Part shown: piece by piece, positions 1 through 11,400 of the stretch | Numbering within the stretch: the stretch's first letter is position 1 | Layout: the number at the start of each line of letters is the position of its first letter | Assembly (NCBI RefSeq): GCF_046119375.1 | Contig: NW_027362768.1 | Coordinates: forward strand, 344,100,001 to 344,164,000 | Reading direction: 5' to 3' | Source of the DNA: Phyllobates terribilis | Lineage: Eukaryota | DNA: 64,000 nucleotides | Notes under the pieces: generated by a model | Told to the model about the DNA's origin: nothing | What the model saw: the letters and a program-made list of their open reading frames with translations, nothing else | The model's database searches: none | Translations under genes and position numbers: made by a program

Positions 1-162
1 CGGCATGTATCTGGAGAACAGGGGTCCGGTCACGCGCCTCTTTCAGTAGGGAGGTGGTCAGGTTTCCTACACCAACACTCGGGTCACTTCTCCACTGTCA
101 GCGGCTCATGTCAGGGCCCAGCTCTCATCATAGATCCAACTGGTGGGACCACATCTACTATA

Positions 163-1710
163 CAGTTGAAACCACAAGTTTCCATACACTATATAAAAAG
201 ACACATCTGTATGTTTTTCTCAATATTTGACATGAAATCAGAATAAACCTTTCCCGTTTGAGGTCAATTAGGATTATAAAAAATTTTAATATTTGCCAAA
301 TGCCAGAATAATGAGAGAGAGAGAATGTTTTAAGGCATTTTTATTACTTACTGCAAAGTCAAAAGTTTACATACACCAAGATTACTATGCCTTTAAACAA
401 TTCTGGACTGCCCATATGATGAGGTCATGTGTTTGGAAGCTTCTGATAGTTTTTTTTGCAAACATCTGAATTAATTGGAGACACACCTGTGGATGTATTT
501 TAATGCACACCTGAAACACACTGCTTCTTTATGTAGTATCATGGGAAAGCAAGAAATCAGCCAAGATATCAGGGAGAGAATTGTGGACTAGCACAAGTCT
601 GGCTTATCCTTGGGTACAATTTCAAGATACCCGAAGGTGCCTCGTTCATCTGTACAAACAATTATACGCAAGTACAAACAAGATGGGAATGTCCATCCAT
701 CATACCGCTCAGGAAGGAGACGGGTTCCGTGTCCCAGAGATGAACGTGCTTTGGTCCGACATATCAACCCAAGGACAAAAGCAAAAGACCTCGTGAAGAT
801 GATGGCGGAAGCTGGTAAGATTGTGTCAATAACCTCAGTGAAACGAGAACTGTATCAACATGGTCTGAAAGGCCACTGTGCCAGGAAGAAGCCATTACTC
901 CAAAAGAAACATAAAAAGACAGATTAATGTTTGCAAATGCACACAGGAACAAAGACCTTAATTTTTGGAGACATGTCCTGTGGTCTGATGAAACTAAAAT
1001 TGAACTTTTTGGGCATAATGACCATCGTTACGTTTGGAGGAAAAAGGGAGAAGCTTGGAAGCCTAAGGACACCATCCCAACTGTGAAACACGGGGGTGGC
1101 AGCATAATGTTGTGGGGTTGTTTTGTTGCAGGAGGGACTGGTGCACTTCACAAAATTGATGGCATCATGAGAAAAGAAGATTATGTGGCAATACTGAAGA
1201 AACAACTCAAAAGCTTGGGCGGAAATGGGACTTCCCAATGGACAATGACCTGAAGCATACTGCCAAGATGGTAACAAAGTGGCTTAAGGATAACAAAGTC
1301 AATGTTCTGAAGCCCTGATCTCAATCCTATTAAAAATTTATGGGCAAAGCTTTAAAGGCAGGGGCGAGCAAGGAGACCAACAAACCTGGATCAGTTACAG
1401 CAGTTTTTTCAGGAGGAATGGGCCCAAATTCGGACCAACTATTGTGAGAAGCTTGTGGAAGGATATCCCAAACGTTTGACCCAAGTCATTAAGTTTAAGG
1501 GCAATGATAAAAAAATACTAATAAAAAAGTATGGAAACTTTTGACTTTGCAGTAAGTAATAAAAATGCCTTAAAACATTCTCTCTCTCTCATTATTCTGG
1601 CATAACTGACCTAAAACGGGAAAGGTTTATTTTGAGTTCATGTCAGAGATTGAGACAAACATGCAGATGTGTCTTTCTATATAGTGTATGTAAACTTCCG
1701 CTTTCAACTG
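163..1710 (+). mobile_element. Tc1/mariner DNA transposon, Sleeping Beauty-like IR/DR subfamily, decayed; in UBA3 intron 3, antisense to UBA3
   Basis: TA at 161-162 and 1711-1712. Termini CAGTTGAAACCACAAGTTTCCATACACT and (revcomp) CAGTTGAAAGCGGAAGTTTACATACACT. ~200-bp inverted repeats with an inner direct repeat (AAAAGTTTACATACAC ~361-376). The right TIR has a ~30-bp deletion relative to the left. Confidence 0.95.
541..1521 (+). pseudogene. Disrupted Tc1 transposase
   Basis: ATG at 541 (MGKQEISQDIRERIVD) is followed by an in-frame TAG. There is a frameshift near 925 and further lesions after 1220. Motifs RKKPLL, VLWSDETKIELFG, TVKHGGGSIMLWGCF and MDND are recognisable. Ends AAATACTAA (KY*). 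Confidence 0.92.
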
Positions 1711-2089
1711 TACATTCATGGAATACCCTTGAATATGCCAGAAATGTATGAGATGGGAATATCATCTATTGATTTCATTTTACGACCCCTGTGCCGTCCG
1801 ATCCTCCATCTATGACACAAAACTGTAAGCACAAAACATATTTTAAGATTATTCTTTTTTTTTTTTTTTGCAAAGTTTCATTCATTTTTAATGCATTGGA
1901 TAAATATATAAATTTGATCCCTAAAGTCTCTTTTTCCAAAAAATAACCTCAGTATAAGTAGCCAGTGACGTTACGCTCTTATACGCTATTATCCGAGCAG
2001 AACAGAACTCATCACAAGGCAATAATAAAGTCTTATTTTACATCGTTTGCAAGTTACAAATATATGAAGGTAAATGTGGGAATTCTCAC

Positions 2090-2210
2090 TTCGTTGCTTG
2101 GTTCGAACTCGGGGTGTGTGAAAGGTCCCGATCGCTCGAGGAACTTCTTAACATGGTTCCAGCGACCTTCCCAGTCTCCAGTGTCCCCACACACAACATC
2201 CACAGCCATT
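2090..2210 (-). CDS. UBA3: NEDD8-activating enzyme E1 catalytic subunit, exon 3 (121 nt)
   Basis: The minus strand reads AG|A ATG GCT GTG... = (K)[40 protein letters not shown], then donor GTGAGA at 2089. It matches the UBA3 N-terminus. The gene continues left of the window. Confidence 0.97.
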
Positions 2211-2689
2211 CTGCATAGAACACAGTGCGTTATTCCACCGACAGCGATGCTACACGGACAAGAACGTTACATTACAAGTTCTCAGGCTGCAACGACGACC
2301 ACCACATGCAGGAGTCCCGAGGTATGATGGCCGAGGAGCCCACCTACCCACCGCCGGGTAATAGAAAGCCTTAGGAGAGAAGTTTATGAATGTAGTGATT
2401 GGCATAATCGGCTTCTAGCAATATTCATCACCCATCTGCCACTGGGACCCCCCACCGATCCGGACTATGAGGCTCGGCAGATTAGAGGGGAGGTTAAGGA
2501 TCTGTACCACCGCTCCACTCATTATCGATGGCACCAATAAGACAGCCAAGCCCTGGCAGAGCCAAAGACAATGAAAGGAGAGGTGGCGCACGTTGCTCTA
2601 TTTTCGGGATCAGTCAGTGTTCCAGCTGTGGATAGATGCGACAACCCCTTTAATAGGGCAGGTCACAGTATAGGTATCGCAGGACGCTG

Positions 2690-2811
2690 CTCCTACCTGC
2701 CGGCTTCCCTGGCGCCTCTTCTGATTTGAGGTCTGTCGTGATATCATTAATGTATTGCAATGGCGGCGACATACTAATAGAAGAGGAGACAGGGATGCCA
2801 GCAGGTAGGAG
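2690..2811. mobile_element. Short palindromic non-autonomous element (MITE-like), copy 1
   Basis: Arms CTCCTACCTGC / GCAGGTAGGAG plus an inner CCTCTTCTGATT / AATAGAAGAGG near-palindrome. A related copy lies at 4251-4383. Confidence 0.55.
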
Positions 2812-4250
2812 GGTTTTAGGATGGCTATGGTACGGGGCCACGTTGGTCATCTAGAATCTTACAAATCATTTTTCCATGATCTTTGAACCATCACCAATCT
2901 CATGTCCCCCACCTGAGTGGTCTCAAATGATCATTACTGCTTCACTCATTGCCTATGGGACTGACAAATAGCCAAACCGTGTTCTGATGTCTCCATCAGA
3001 CACGCAGAGACACAGTACCCTCGGGATCATGGGAACGATGGGGGGTCCCAGCGAATATACATTTCGTTCCTCTCCTGTGGGCTTATAGAAATCCCATTCA
3101 GGTGAAAAGTTCAGATTTTAGTCGCCATTTGCAAAATTGTATATTACTAGGAGTTAGATGGCAATTTAAAGAGAAAACTACATACATTAGGTCTCTAAGA
3201 CCTGATGAGGCTAGTGTACTTACTTGAAAAAAATCCCATTTCAGAAGGGTTGTATAACTTTTTTTTTTTTTTTTCAAAGATTCCCTTCTTGGCTGGACTA
3301 ATCTAAATCGTGCCCCTTTATTCCCACAAATTATAACAAGATTTCCTATCCTACCGATATGCCATAATGTAGTAATCTGGCCGGTTACACAGTGGATTTG
3401 CAGGCACAAAAATCCACCCTGTTATACTGTGGATGAGATTTTATCAGCTGTTGAAATTGACCCGCTGTGCGGATTTTGCATCCCCCCGCGTGCCAAGTTC
3501 TGCTGTGGACTGTCACAGTGGACTTGACCCTTTGCAATGCAAAGTGACACATCCAGGTGGATTTTTTTGTGGGAAGGAGAGATCCACACAGCAAAATTGA
3601 TGTGTGTGATCGTGACCTAAATAAAGGAAAACCTTAACCCGATTGTTTGCTTTGGGCAACACCTGCACCTTTACTTTCCTAATGCAGAACTGTACAGTCT
3701 TACACATTTATATAAAGGTCTGTTCAGATATTGAGAAGAGGGAAGGTAAGCAATTCACATGCGGGTTCAGTCATATTCTGCACATCAGTGACTAATGATG
3801 AAAAAGAACCAAAATGGGAAATAAAAATACAAAATAGAAAATATACAGATATCTTCCCACCCATAAGTACACATGGATCTGTAATATATCAATATATAAA
3901 GGGTCATTCCCCTCGCAGTAAGTGATGGCAAACTGATAGGATAAGCCAGGACTAAAAGGACCAATAAGGTCTTAACTATGGGATCTAGTGTTCCCGAGAA
4001 TGAAGGGACCCCCTTAAGTTTCTTTCTCTGCAGTCCCATGCTCAGCACTTTTGCTGGGAAGACCACTGAGCAGAAATAAAAAAAAAAGCTGTGAAATAGA
4101 CCCCCTTTCTTTTAGGAATCAAAGGAAATCCCGTAAATAGGACCCCAAGCAATCATTAAGTACTGGCATATCCTAGCAATTTTCCATCACTTTATAGGGG
4201 TTATACATGAGCAGATACATTTGCAGGACCGCCGGATGGGACCCCTCAGT

Positions 4251-4383
4251 CTCTTCCTAGCTGCTGGAATCTCTAGCGTCTCTTCTGATTTATAGGCCAG
4301 GCGCGATATCGCAACAAACGCGTGACATGGTGTCAGGTCTACTAATCAGAGAGGGCGCTGGGGACTGCAGGAGGTAGGAAGAG
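4251..4383. mobile_element. Short palindromic non-autonomous element (MITE-like), copy 2
   Basis: Arms CTCTTCCTA / TAGGAAGAG, inner TCTCTTCTGATT / AATCAGAGAG; same layout as 2690-2811. Confidence 0.5.
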
Positions 4384-6867
4384 CTTTGCATGGCCACAGA
4401 ATACTCATCTTAACTGAATAAAATCAGCTTTAACTCCATCAGCTCGCTCTAATGAGAACATAAATCAGCACTGCCTCTCTGCTGCCGCTCCTGGTCTTTG
4501 TGGACAAGCTGCAGCTTTGGCGTTACTACAACAATGGGCTCAGCAGAGATGCTGATGTAGCTGATATGAGACTGCACAGCAGAGTCCAGTGATTGGCTGC
4601 AGCGGTGGTCACAGGAGCTGTAGTTATGACGTCAATGCTGCAGCTTGTCAACAAAGACCAGGATCGGTGGCAGAAAGGCGTCGCTGGTGGGTTTTGAAAA
4701 CCTGGAACTATAATATGTCGACCTTACTGTGCTACCATTACAATATGGGGAATCCACACAATGGAAATGTTTAAGGCTCCTAGTGAAGAATATAACAGCG
4801 GATGTAGGTCATATAGATCGGCCATATTATGCCTTTTGTAAAACTACAACTCCCAATGTGTTCTGGCAGCGCAGAATGGCAAAAAAAGAAAAAAAAAACG
4901 AATGCCTTGACACCCCAACATCATATTACTGGATATACCGGATCAAGTCAGAATTGCACTACTATTACTATTCCTGTGGCCGAGTGACCTGCATAGAGAT
5001 CATGGGCTACTAAGATGGTCATACAACACTAGTGTGCAACGCCTGCCCACGAGAAAAATAAACTCTGCGGGTTCTAGCAAAATAAAAATCCCTCTGGGAA
5101 ATGTTTTCTCCCCTCTACAGAAATCTACAACCATGAAGGGTTCACAGACTATAAAAGGGGCTGTGCAGGATGAGGCAAACAGGACTGCATCCTTAAAAAG
5201 AAAAAAACAAAAAACAGTACCTACAGGTTGTGTCTAAAATAAAAGATAGCAAATGAGCCTCATTCACTTTAATGAAGCTAAAGTGCAATACTGGACACAA
5301 CCTGTGGACAAAAGTGGTGCTTTTTAAGGAAGGAAGCAGCCCCTTTATCAGACTTTTACTAAAGCCAATAAAAATAGCGTCATTCGGAGTATCAGCTTAA
5401 AAAAAAAATGTGTCACCTTTATAGGATATGGACGCCTTTGTGGACATATAAATATTTTTTTTATTATTTTTTTTTTTTTACTTAGATGCATGTTTGCTGG
5501 TCTAAAAATTATTTCTGCATCATTTTTCATTACTAGACTGCTTGTTATCTGCACATTTATTGCTACAAAAAGAGAGATGACAAATTAAATTAACTTTTTT
5601 TCTGCGTTTTTTTTTTTTGGGTCAGAAAATCTGCTGGGTTTAAAACGTCAAGCAAAGGAGATTTGATTCCATTAGAACTTGTGCCCATTGTGCATTTTTT
5701 TAGGGGTTTTTTCTTTTAACTATAGACTTCTATGGAGAGATTAAAAAATGTAATTGCATTTTTTTGTGGTGCAGACACCTGCAGAAGAACCGTGGAGTAA
5801 ATAAGGCAGCATTTTTGAATATGGGAACACTGACTTAAATGAGAATTTGACAGTGAAATCATTCTGGCAAGGAATTTGTAAGTTTCTGACACGGTCAGTA
5901 TTTGGTCAGTCTTTTACATTAGTATTTGTAAGCCACAATCAGGAGCGGAAAAGTATAATAAAAACACGTCACCACTTCTGTATTTTTCTTGTCTTACAAA
6001 TACTGATGTAAAATACTGAGCGTGTGAACGTGGCCTTTTTCGGAGTTCCTCTGCACTAATTTAGGGCTGGGGCTATTCGGTGACTTTAGCCATGACGTAG
6101 CTGCCATCTTTGGTCATACGACCTGTGTCGAGGCCAAAGTCACCTTGTAGCCCCAACTATAGGACCACAAACCTGTCATTTTTGATATGAGCTGAGATGA
6201 GCTCAGAAAAAGATGATAAAACTCACCATCAGAGTGCGTTCACTGATAGGATTCTCAGGTTACTCATTCTGCAGTTAACAAAAGTGCAGGGAAACAAAGC
6301 TAAACCTTTAGGCTATGTTCCAACGATGCAGAAATGAAACGGAAAATTTCAGCTTCATTTCTACATGTCCTTGCCCGGAAAAACGCGTGCGGAATTTGAC
6401 GCGCGTTTTGCACATGCAGAATTGCCTTGAGTTTTCTAATGCATTGTAGATGGCAATTCCGCATGCGTAAACGCACAAATAATGGACATCCAGCGGATTT
6501 TTCCGCACATCAAAAATGCTGCGGAAAATTCCGCAGCATGGGCATTGAAATTGCGGATTTACATTGGGGACGGATTACCAAGCGCTTCCGCTGCAAAAAT
6601 TCCGCAGCAAAAACGCATCGTAGGCACGGACCCTTAATAACACCCAATTGCAAAAATGATTTTTAGCCTTAAGTCCATGCATTTAACCCTAACCTGACAT
6701 CAGTTTCATGCTGCCTGAACTATGGGGTGCAGGAAACTGAACCCGGCTCAGTAATTTTAGACAGGCATCTTTTTTTTTTCTGTAACACTGCAGCATTTCA
6801 GAGTAAAATATTCCTGACTGCCAAACTCAGTCCGGGCAGCGTCAATCTGATGACAGGTTGCCTTTAA

Positions 6868-7195
6868 AGAGGTTGTCTGGGCAAAGTTTTCTCAGGAAAG
6901 AGGATATGTAAAAAGATAAAGTCAGCCCTACTTACCAACCAGCACCAACCAGGATCCAGCGGAGGCCGAACAACGTCGCCGTTCCACCAGAATGATGCGA
7001 CCTGCGATTGGCTGCAGCAGTCATGGTCACTCGAGGAACACGTCATCGGATGTCAGAGTGGTCCTGTGACTGGTGGAACAATGACATCCCCATTTCCTGT
7101 CACACATAGACCGCGGAGCAGCCCGCACTGGATCCTGGTGGGCTAGTATGGCTGTGTTTATATTTTACACTTTTTTTTTTGCCAGAACAACCCCT
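6868..7195. mobile_element. TTAA-target MITE (T2/Kolobok- or piggyBac-type), UBA3 intron 2
   Basis: TTAA at 6864-6867 and 7196-7199. TIRs AGAGGTTGTCTGGGCAAA and TTTGCCAGAACAACCCCT. Subterminal inverted ACCAGGATCCAG / CTGGATCCTGGT. Confidence 0.8.
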
Positions 7196-7545
7196 TTAAG
7201 TAACAAAAAAAAAACCTCAAAAGGTGGATAACCCCTTTAAGAAAAAAAAAAGTCTCAAAAAGCAGACAACCCCTTTAACAAAAAAAAGCCTCAAAAGGTG
7301 GACAACCCCTTTAAGGAGGACCTTGCTCATGTAATTTCCTAGTATAAGTCTTAAAACTTAAATAAAACGTGAACAAAAAAAGCAATAGTAACAAATTAAC
7401 AGTAATTAATACGCATAACCCTCCTGATTGACAGGTGATAGCCCCGCCCCTTTGTACATTTGATGGCTGCTATGTAATAAGGTGTTTTGTGTTCCTGCTT
7501 TCAAACCTGTCCATGTCCTAACACCTCCCCTGTGCCAGCACTAAC

Positions 7546-7584
7546 TTGTCAGACAGCTCTTCTATCCGCCTTCTTTTCTTCTCC
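7546..7584 (-). CDS. UBA3: UBA3 exon 2 (39-nt micro-exon)
   Basis: A (CT)n pyrimidine tract and TTTTAG acceptor precede G GAG AAG AAA AGA AGG CGG ATA GAA GAG CTG TCT GAC AA (EKKRRRIEELSDK). Donor GTTAGT at 7545. Phase 2/2 fits exons 1 and 3. Confidence 0.93.
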
Positions 7585-7708
7585 CTAAAAAGAGAGAGAG
7601 AGAATAAAAGAAGGGTTCGAGGTGCGCCCTCCTGGCCTGTGACACAAAGGGGAGACGGTGGAGGAGAGGAGGGACACGGGGACCCTGACTGCTGACACAG
7701 ATACTCAC

Positions 7709-7728
7709 GGCTCTACAGCATCCGCCAT
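7709..7728 (-). CDS. UBA3: UBA3 exon 1 coding part (start codon)
   Basis: ATG GCG GAT GCT GTA GAG CC|GTGAGT = MADAVEP (human MADGEEP). Consensus donor, 124-nt intron 1. The ATG overlaps a YY1-like core (ATGGCGG). Confidence 0.92.
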
Positions 7729-8465
7729 ATTTGTCTCAGCCTCTCTCTTCCCACAATGCACCGGCGCCCTGGAGGCGTGGTCAGCGTGGACTGGCCATAA
7801 AGACCAAAGGTGTTTTTTTTTTTTTTTTTCTTTCAATAACTTTATTGCTACCGTGACAAAGAACATTAGTAGAGCCACAGCAGGTGGACGGATATGGAGG
7901 CTCCTGTCGCCTAGCAACCTGCTGGTTAGAAGCTTCAGCGCAGCCTGCGAGTTGCTAGGAGTCAGTCATGTAGTGTGTTCAGTGCAGAGCAGGCTGCAAT
8001 GGAGTTATTAGAAAGGGCTAAATATTAACCCCTTCCCACCAACATCACCGCCATTTTTCATTTTCATGCTTCCGGGGGTTGTTTCCTCCCACTTCTTCCA
8101 ATAGCCATAACTATTTTTTTTCAAAATGGCGTTAAAAAAATGGCTTGATTGATTTTTTTTTCTCCATTTAAGCCATAAAAAACATTAAAAATATAACGCT
8201 GGGGCCATGTTCACATGTAGCATAAATGCCGCATTTTTTCTGCAGGCGTCCGCCCCTCACTAGGCAATAATCTTTTTTCAGCATGAAAAACGCAGATGTT
8301 GGCAGGAAAAACACTTCGCACGTGCGTTTTCATACTTTTTTTACGCGTTTTTTGTTGAGTTTTTAGGCATTCATTTTAGATGGGGAAAAATGCTGCAAAA
8401 AATATTGAAAAATGCATCGATGGCTTAAAAACACAAGGAAAAAATTATACTGGGACTGTAAAACT

Positions 8466-11400
8466 CCCCTATATTAGTGCCGGTCACAGTGCCCCCTATA
8501 TTAGTGCCGGTCACAGTGCCCCCTATATTAGTGCCGGTCACAGCACCCCCTATATTAGTGCCGGTCACAGTGCCCCCTATATTAGTGCCAATCACAACAC
8601 CCCCTATATTAGTGCCGGTCACAATGCCCCCCCTATATTAGTGCCGGTCACAGTGCCCCCTATATTAGTGCCGGTCACAGTGCCCCCTATATTAGTGCCA
8701 ATCACAACACCCCCTATATTAGTGCCGGTCACAATGCCCCCCCTATATTAGTGCCGGTCACAGTGCCCCCTATATTAGTGCCAATCACAACGCCCCCTAT
8801 ATTAGTGCCGGTCACAATGCCCCCCCTATATTAGTGCCGGTCACAGTGCCCCCTATATTAGTGCCGGTCACAGTGCCCCCTATATTAGTGCCAATCACAA
8901 CACCCCCTATATTAGTGCCGGTCACAATGCCCCCCCTATATTAGTGCCAGTCACAGTGCCCCCTATATTAGTGCCAATCACAACGCCCCCTATATTAGTG
9001 CCGGTCACAATGCCCCCCCTATATTAGTGCCGGTCACAATGCCGCCCCTATATTAGTGCCGGTCACAGTGCCCCCTATATTAGTGCCGGTCACAGTGCCC
9101 CCTATATTAGTGCCAATCACAATGCCCCCATATATTAGTGCCAGTCACAGTGCCCCCCTATATTAGTGCCGGTCACAGTGCCCCCTATATTAGTGTCGGT
9201 CACAGTGCCCCCTATATTAGTGCCAGTCACAGTGCCCCCCTACATTAGTGCCGGTCACAGTGCCCCCTATATTAGTGTCGGTCACAGTGCCCCCTATATT
9301 AGTGCCGGTCACAGTGCCCCCTATATTAGTGCCGGTCACAGTGCCCCCTATATTAGTGTCGGTCACAGTGCCCCCTATATTAGTGCCAATCACAATGCCC
9401 CCCTATATTAGTGCCAGTCACAGTGCCCCCCTATATTAGTGCTGGTCACAGTGCCCCCTATATTAGTGTCGGTCACAGTGCCCCCTATATTAGTGCCGGT
9501 CACAGTGCCCCCCTACATTAGTGCCGGTCACAGTGCCCCCTATATTAGTGTCGGTCACAGTGCCCCCTATATTAGTGCCGGTCACAGTGCCCCCTATATT
9601 AGTGTCGGTCACAGTGCCCCCTATATTAGTGCCGGTCACAGTGCCCCCTATATTAGTGTCGGTCACAGTGCGCCCTATATTAGTGCCGGTCACAATGCCC
9701 CCCTATATTAGTGCCGGTCACAGTGCCCCCCTATATGAGTGCCGGTCACAATGCCCCCCTATATTAGTGCCGATCACAGTGCCCCCCTATATTAGTGCCG
9801 GTCACAGTGCCCCCTATATTAGTGCTGGTCACAGTGCCCCCTATATTAGTGCCGGTCACAGTGCCCCCTATAGTAGTGCCGGTCACAGCGCCCCCTATAG
9901 TAGTGCCGGTCACAATGCCCCCTATATTAGTGCCGGTCACAGCGCCCCCTATATTAGTGCCGGTCACAATGCCCCCCCTATATTAGTGCCGATCACAGTG
10001 CCCCCTATATTAGTGCCGGTCACAGTGCCCCCTATAGTAGTGCCGGTCACAGAGCCTCCTAGAGTAGTGCCGGTCACAACGCCCCCTATATTAGTGCCGG
10101 TCGCAGCGCCCCCTACATTAGTGCCGGTCACAACGCCCCTTATAGTAGTGCCGATCGCAGCGCCCCCTATATTAGTGCCGGTCACAACGCCCCCTATATT
10201 AGTGCCGGTCACAGCGCCCCCTATTTTAGTGCCGGTCACAATGCCCCCCTATATTAGTGCCGGTCACAGTGCCCCCCTATATGAGTGCCGGTCACAATGC
10301 CCCCCTATATTAGTGCCGATCACAGTGCCCCCCTATATTAGTGCCGGTCACAGTGCCCCCTATATTAGTGCTGGTCACAGTGCCCCCTATATTAGTGCCG
10401 GTCACAGTGCCCCCTATAGTAGTGCCGGTCACAGCGCCCCCTATAGTAGTGCCGGTCACAATGCCCCCTATATTAGTGCCGGTCACAGCGCCCCCTATAT
10501 TAGTGCCGGTCACAATGCCCCCCCTATATTAGTGCCGATCACAGTGCCCCCTATATTAGTGCCGGTCACAGTGCCCCCTATAGTAGTGCCGGTCACAGAG
10601 CCTCCTAGAGTAGTGCCGGTCACAACGCCCCCTATATTAGTGCCGGTCGCAGCGCCCCCTACATTAGTGCCGGTCACAACGCCCCTTATAGTAGTGCCGA
10701 TCGCAGCGCCCCCTATATTAGTGCCGGTCACAACGCCCCCTATATTAGTGCCGGTCACAGCGCCCCCTATTTTAGTGCCGGTCACAATGCCCCCCTATAT
10801 TAGTGCCGGTCACAGTGCCCTCTATATTAGTGCCGGTCACAGTGCCCCCTATATTAGTGCCGGTCACAGCGCCCCCTATATTAGTGCCGGTCACAGCGCC
10901 CTCTATATTAGTGCCGGTCACAGTGCCCCCTATTTTACTGCCGGTCACAGAGCCCCCTAGAGTAGTGCCGGTCACAACGCCCCCTATATTAGTGCCGGTC
11001 AAAGCGTCTCCAATATTAGTGCCGGTCAAAGCGTCTCCAATATTTGTGCCGGTCACAGTGCCTCCCTATAGTAGTGCCGGTCACAGTGCCCCCCCTATAG
11101 TAGTGCCGGTCACAGTGCCCCCCTATAGTAGTGCCGGTCACAGTGCCGGTCACAGTGCCCCCCTATAGTAGTGCCGGTCACAGTGCCCCCTATAGTAGTG
11201 CCGGTCACAGTGCCCCCTATAGTAGCGCCGGTCACAGTGCCCCCCTACATTAGTGCCGGTCACAGTGCCCCCCTATATTAGTGCCGGTCACAGTGCCCCC
11301 TATATTAGTGCCGGTCACAGTGCCCTCTATAGTAGTGCCGGTCACAGTGCCCCCCTATATTAGTGCCAGTCACAGTGCCCCCCTATATTAGTGCGGGTCA

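Noticed and set aside
1-2089. UBA3 exon 4 ([20 protein letters not shown]-like)
   Set aside because: Not found on the minus strand; most of the interval is the Tc1 element, so the exon lies left of the window.
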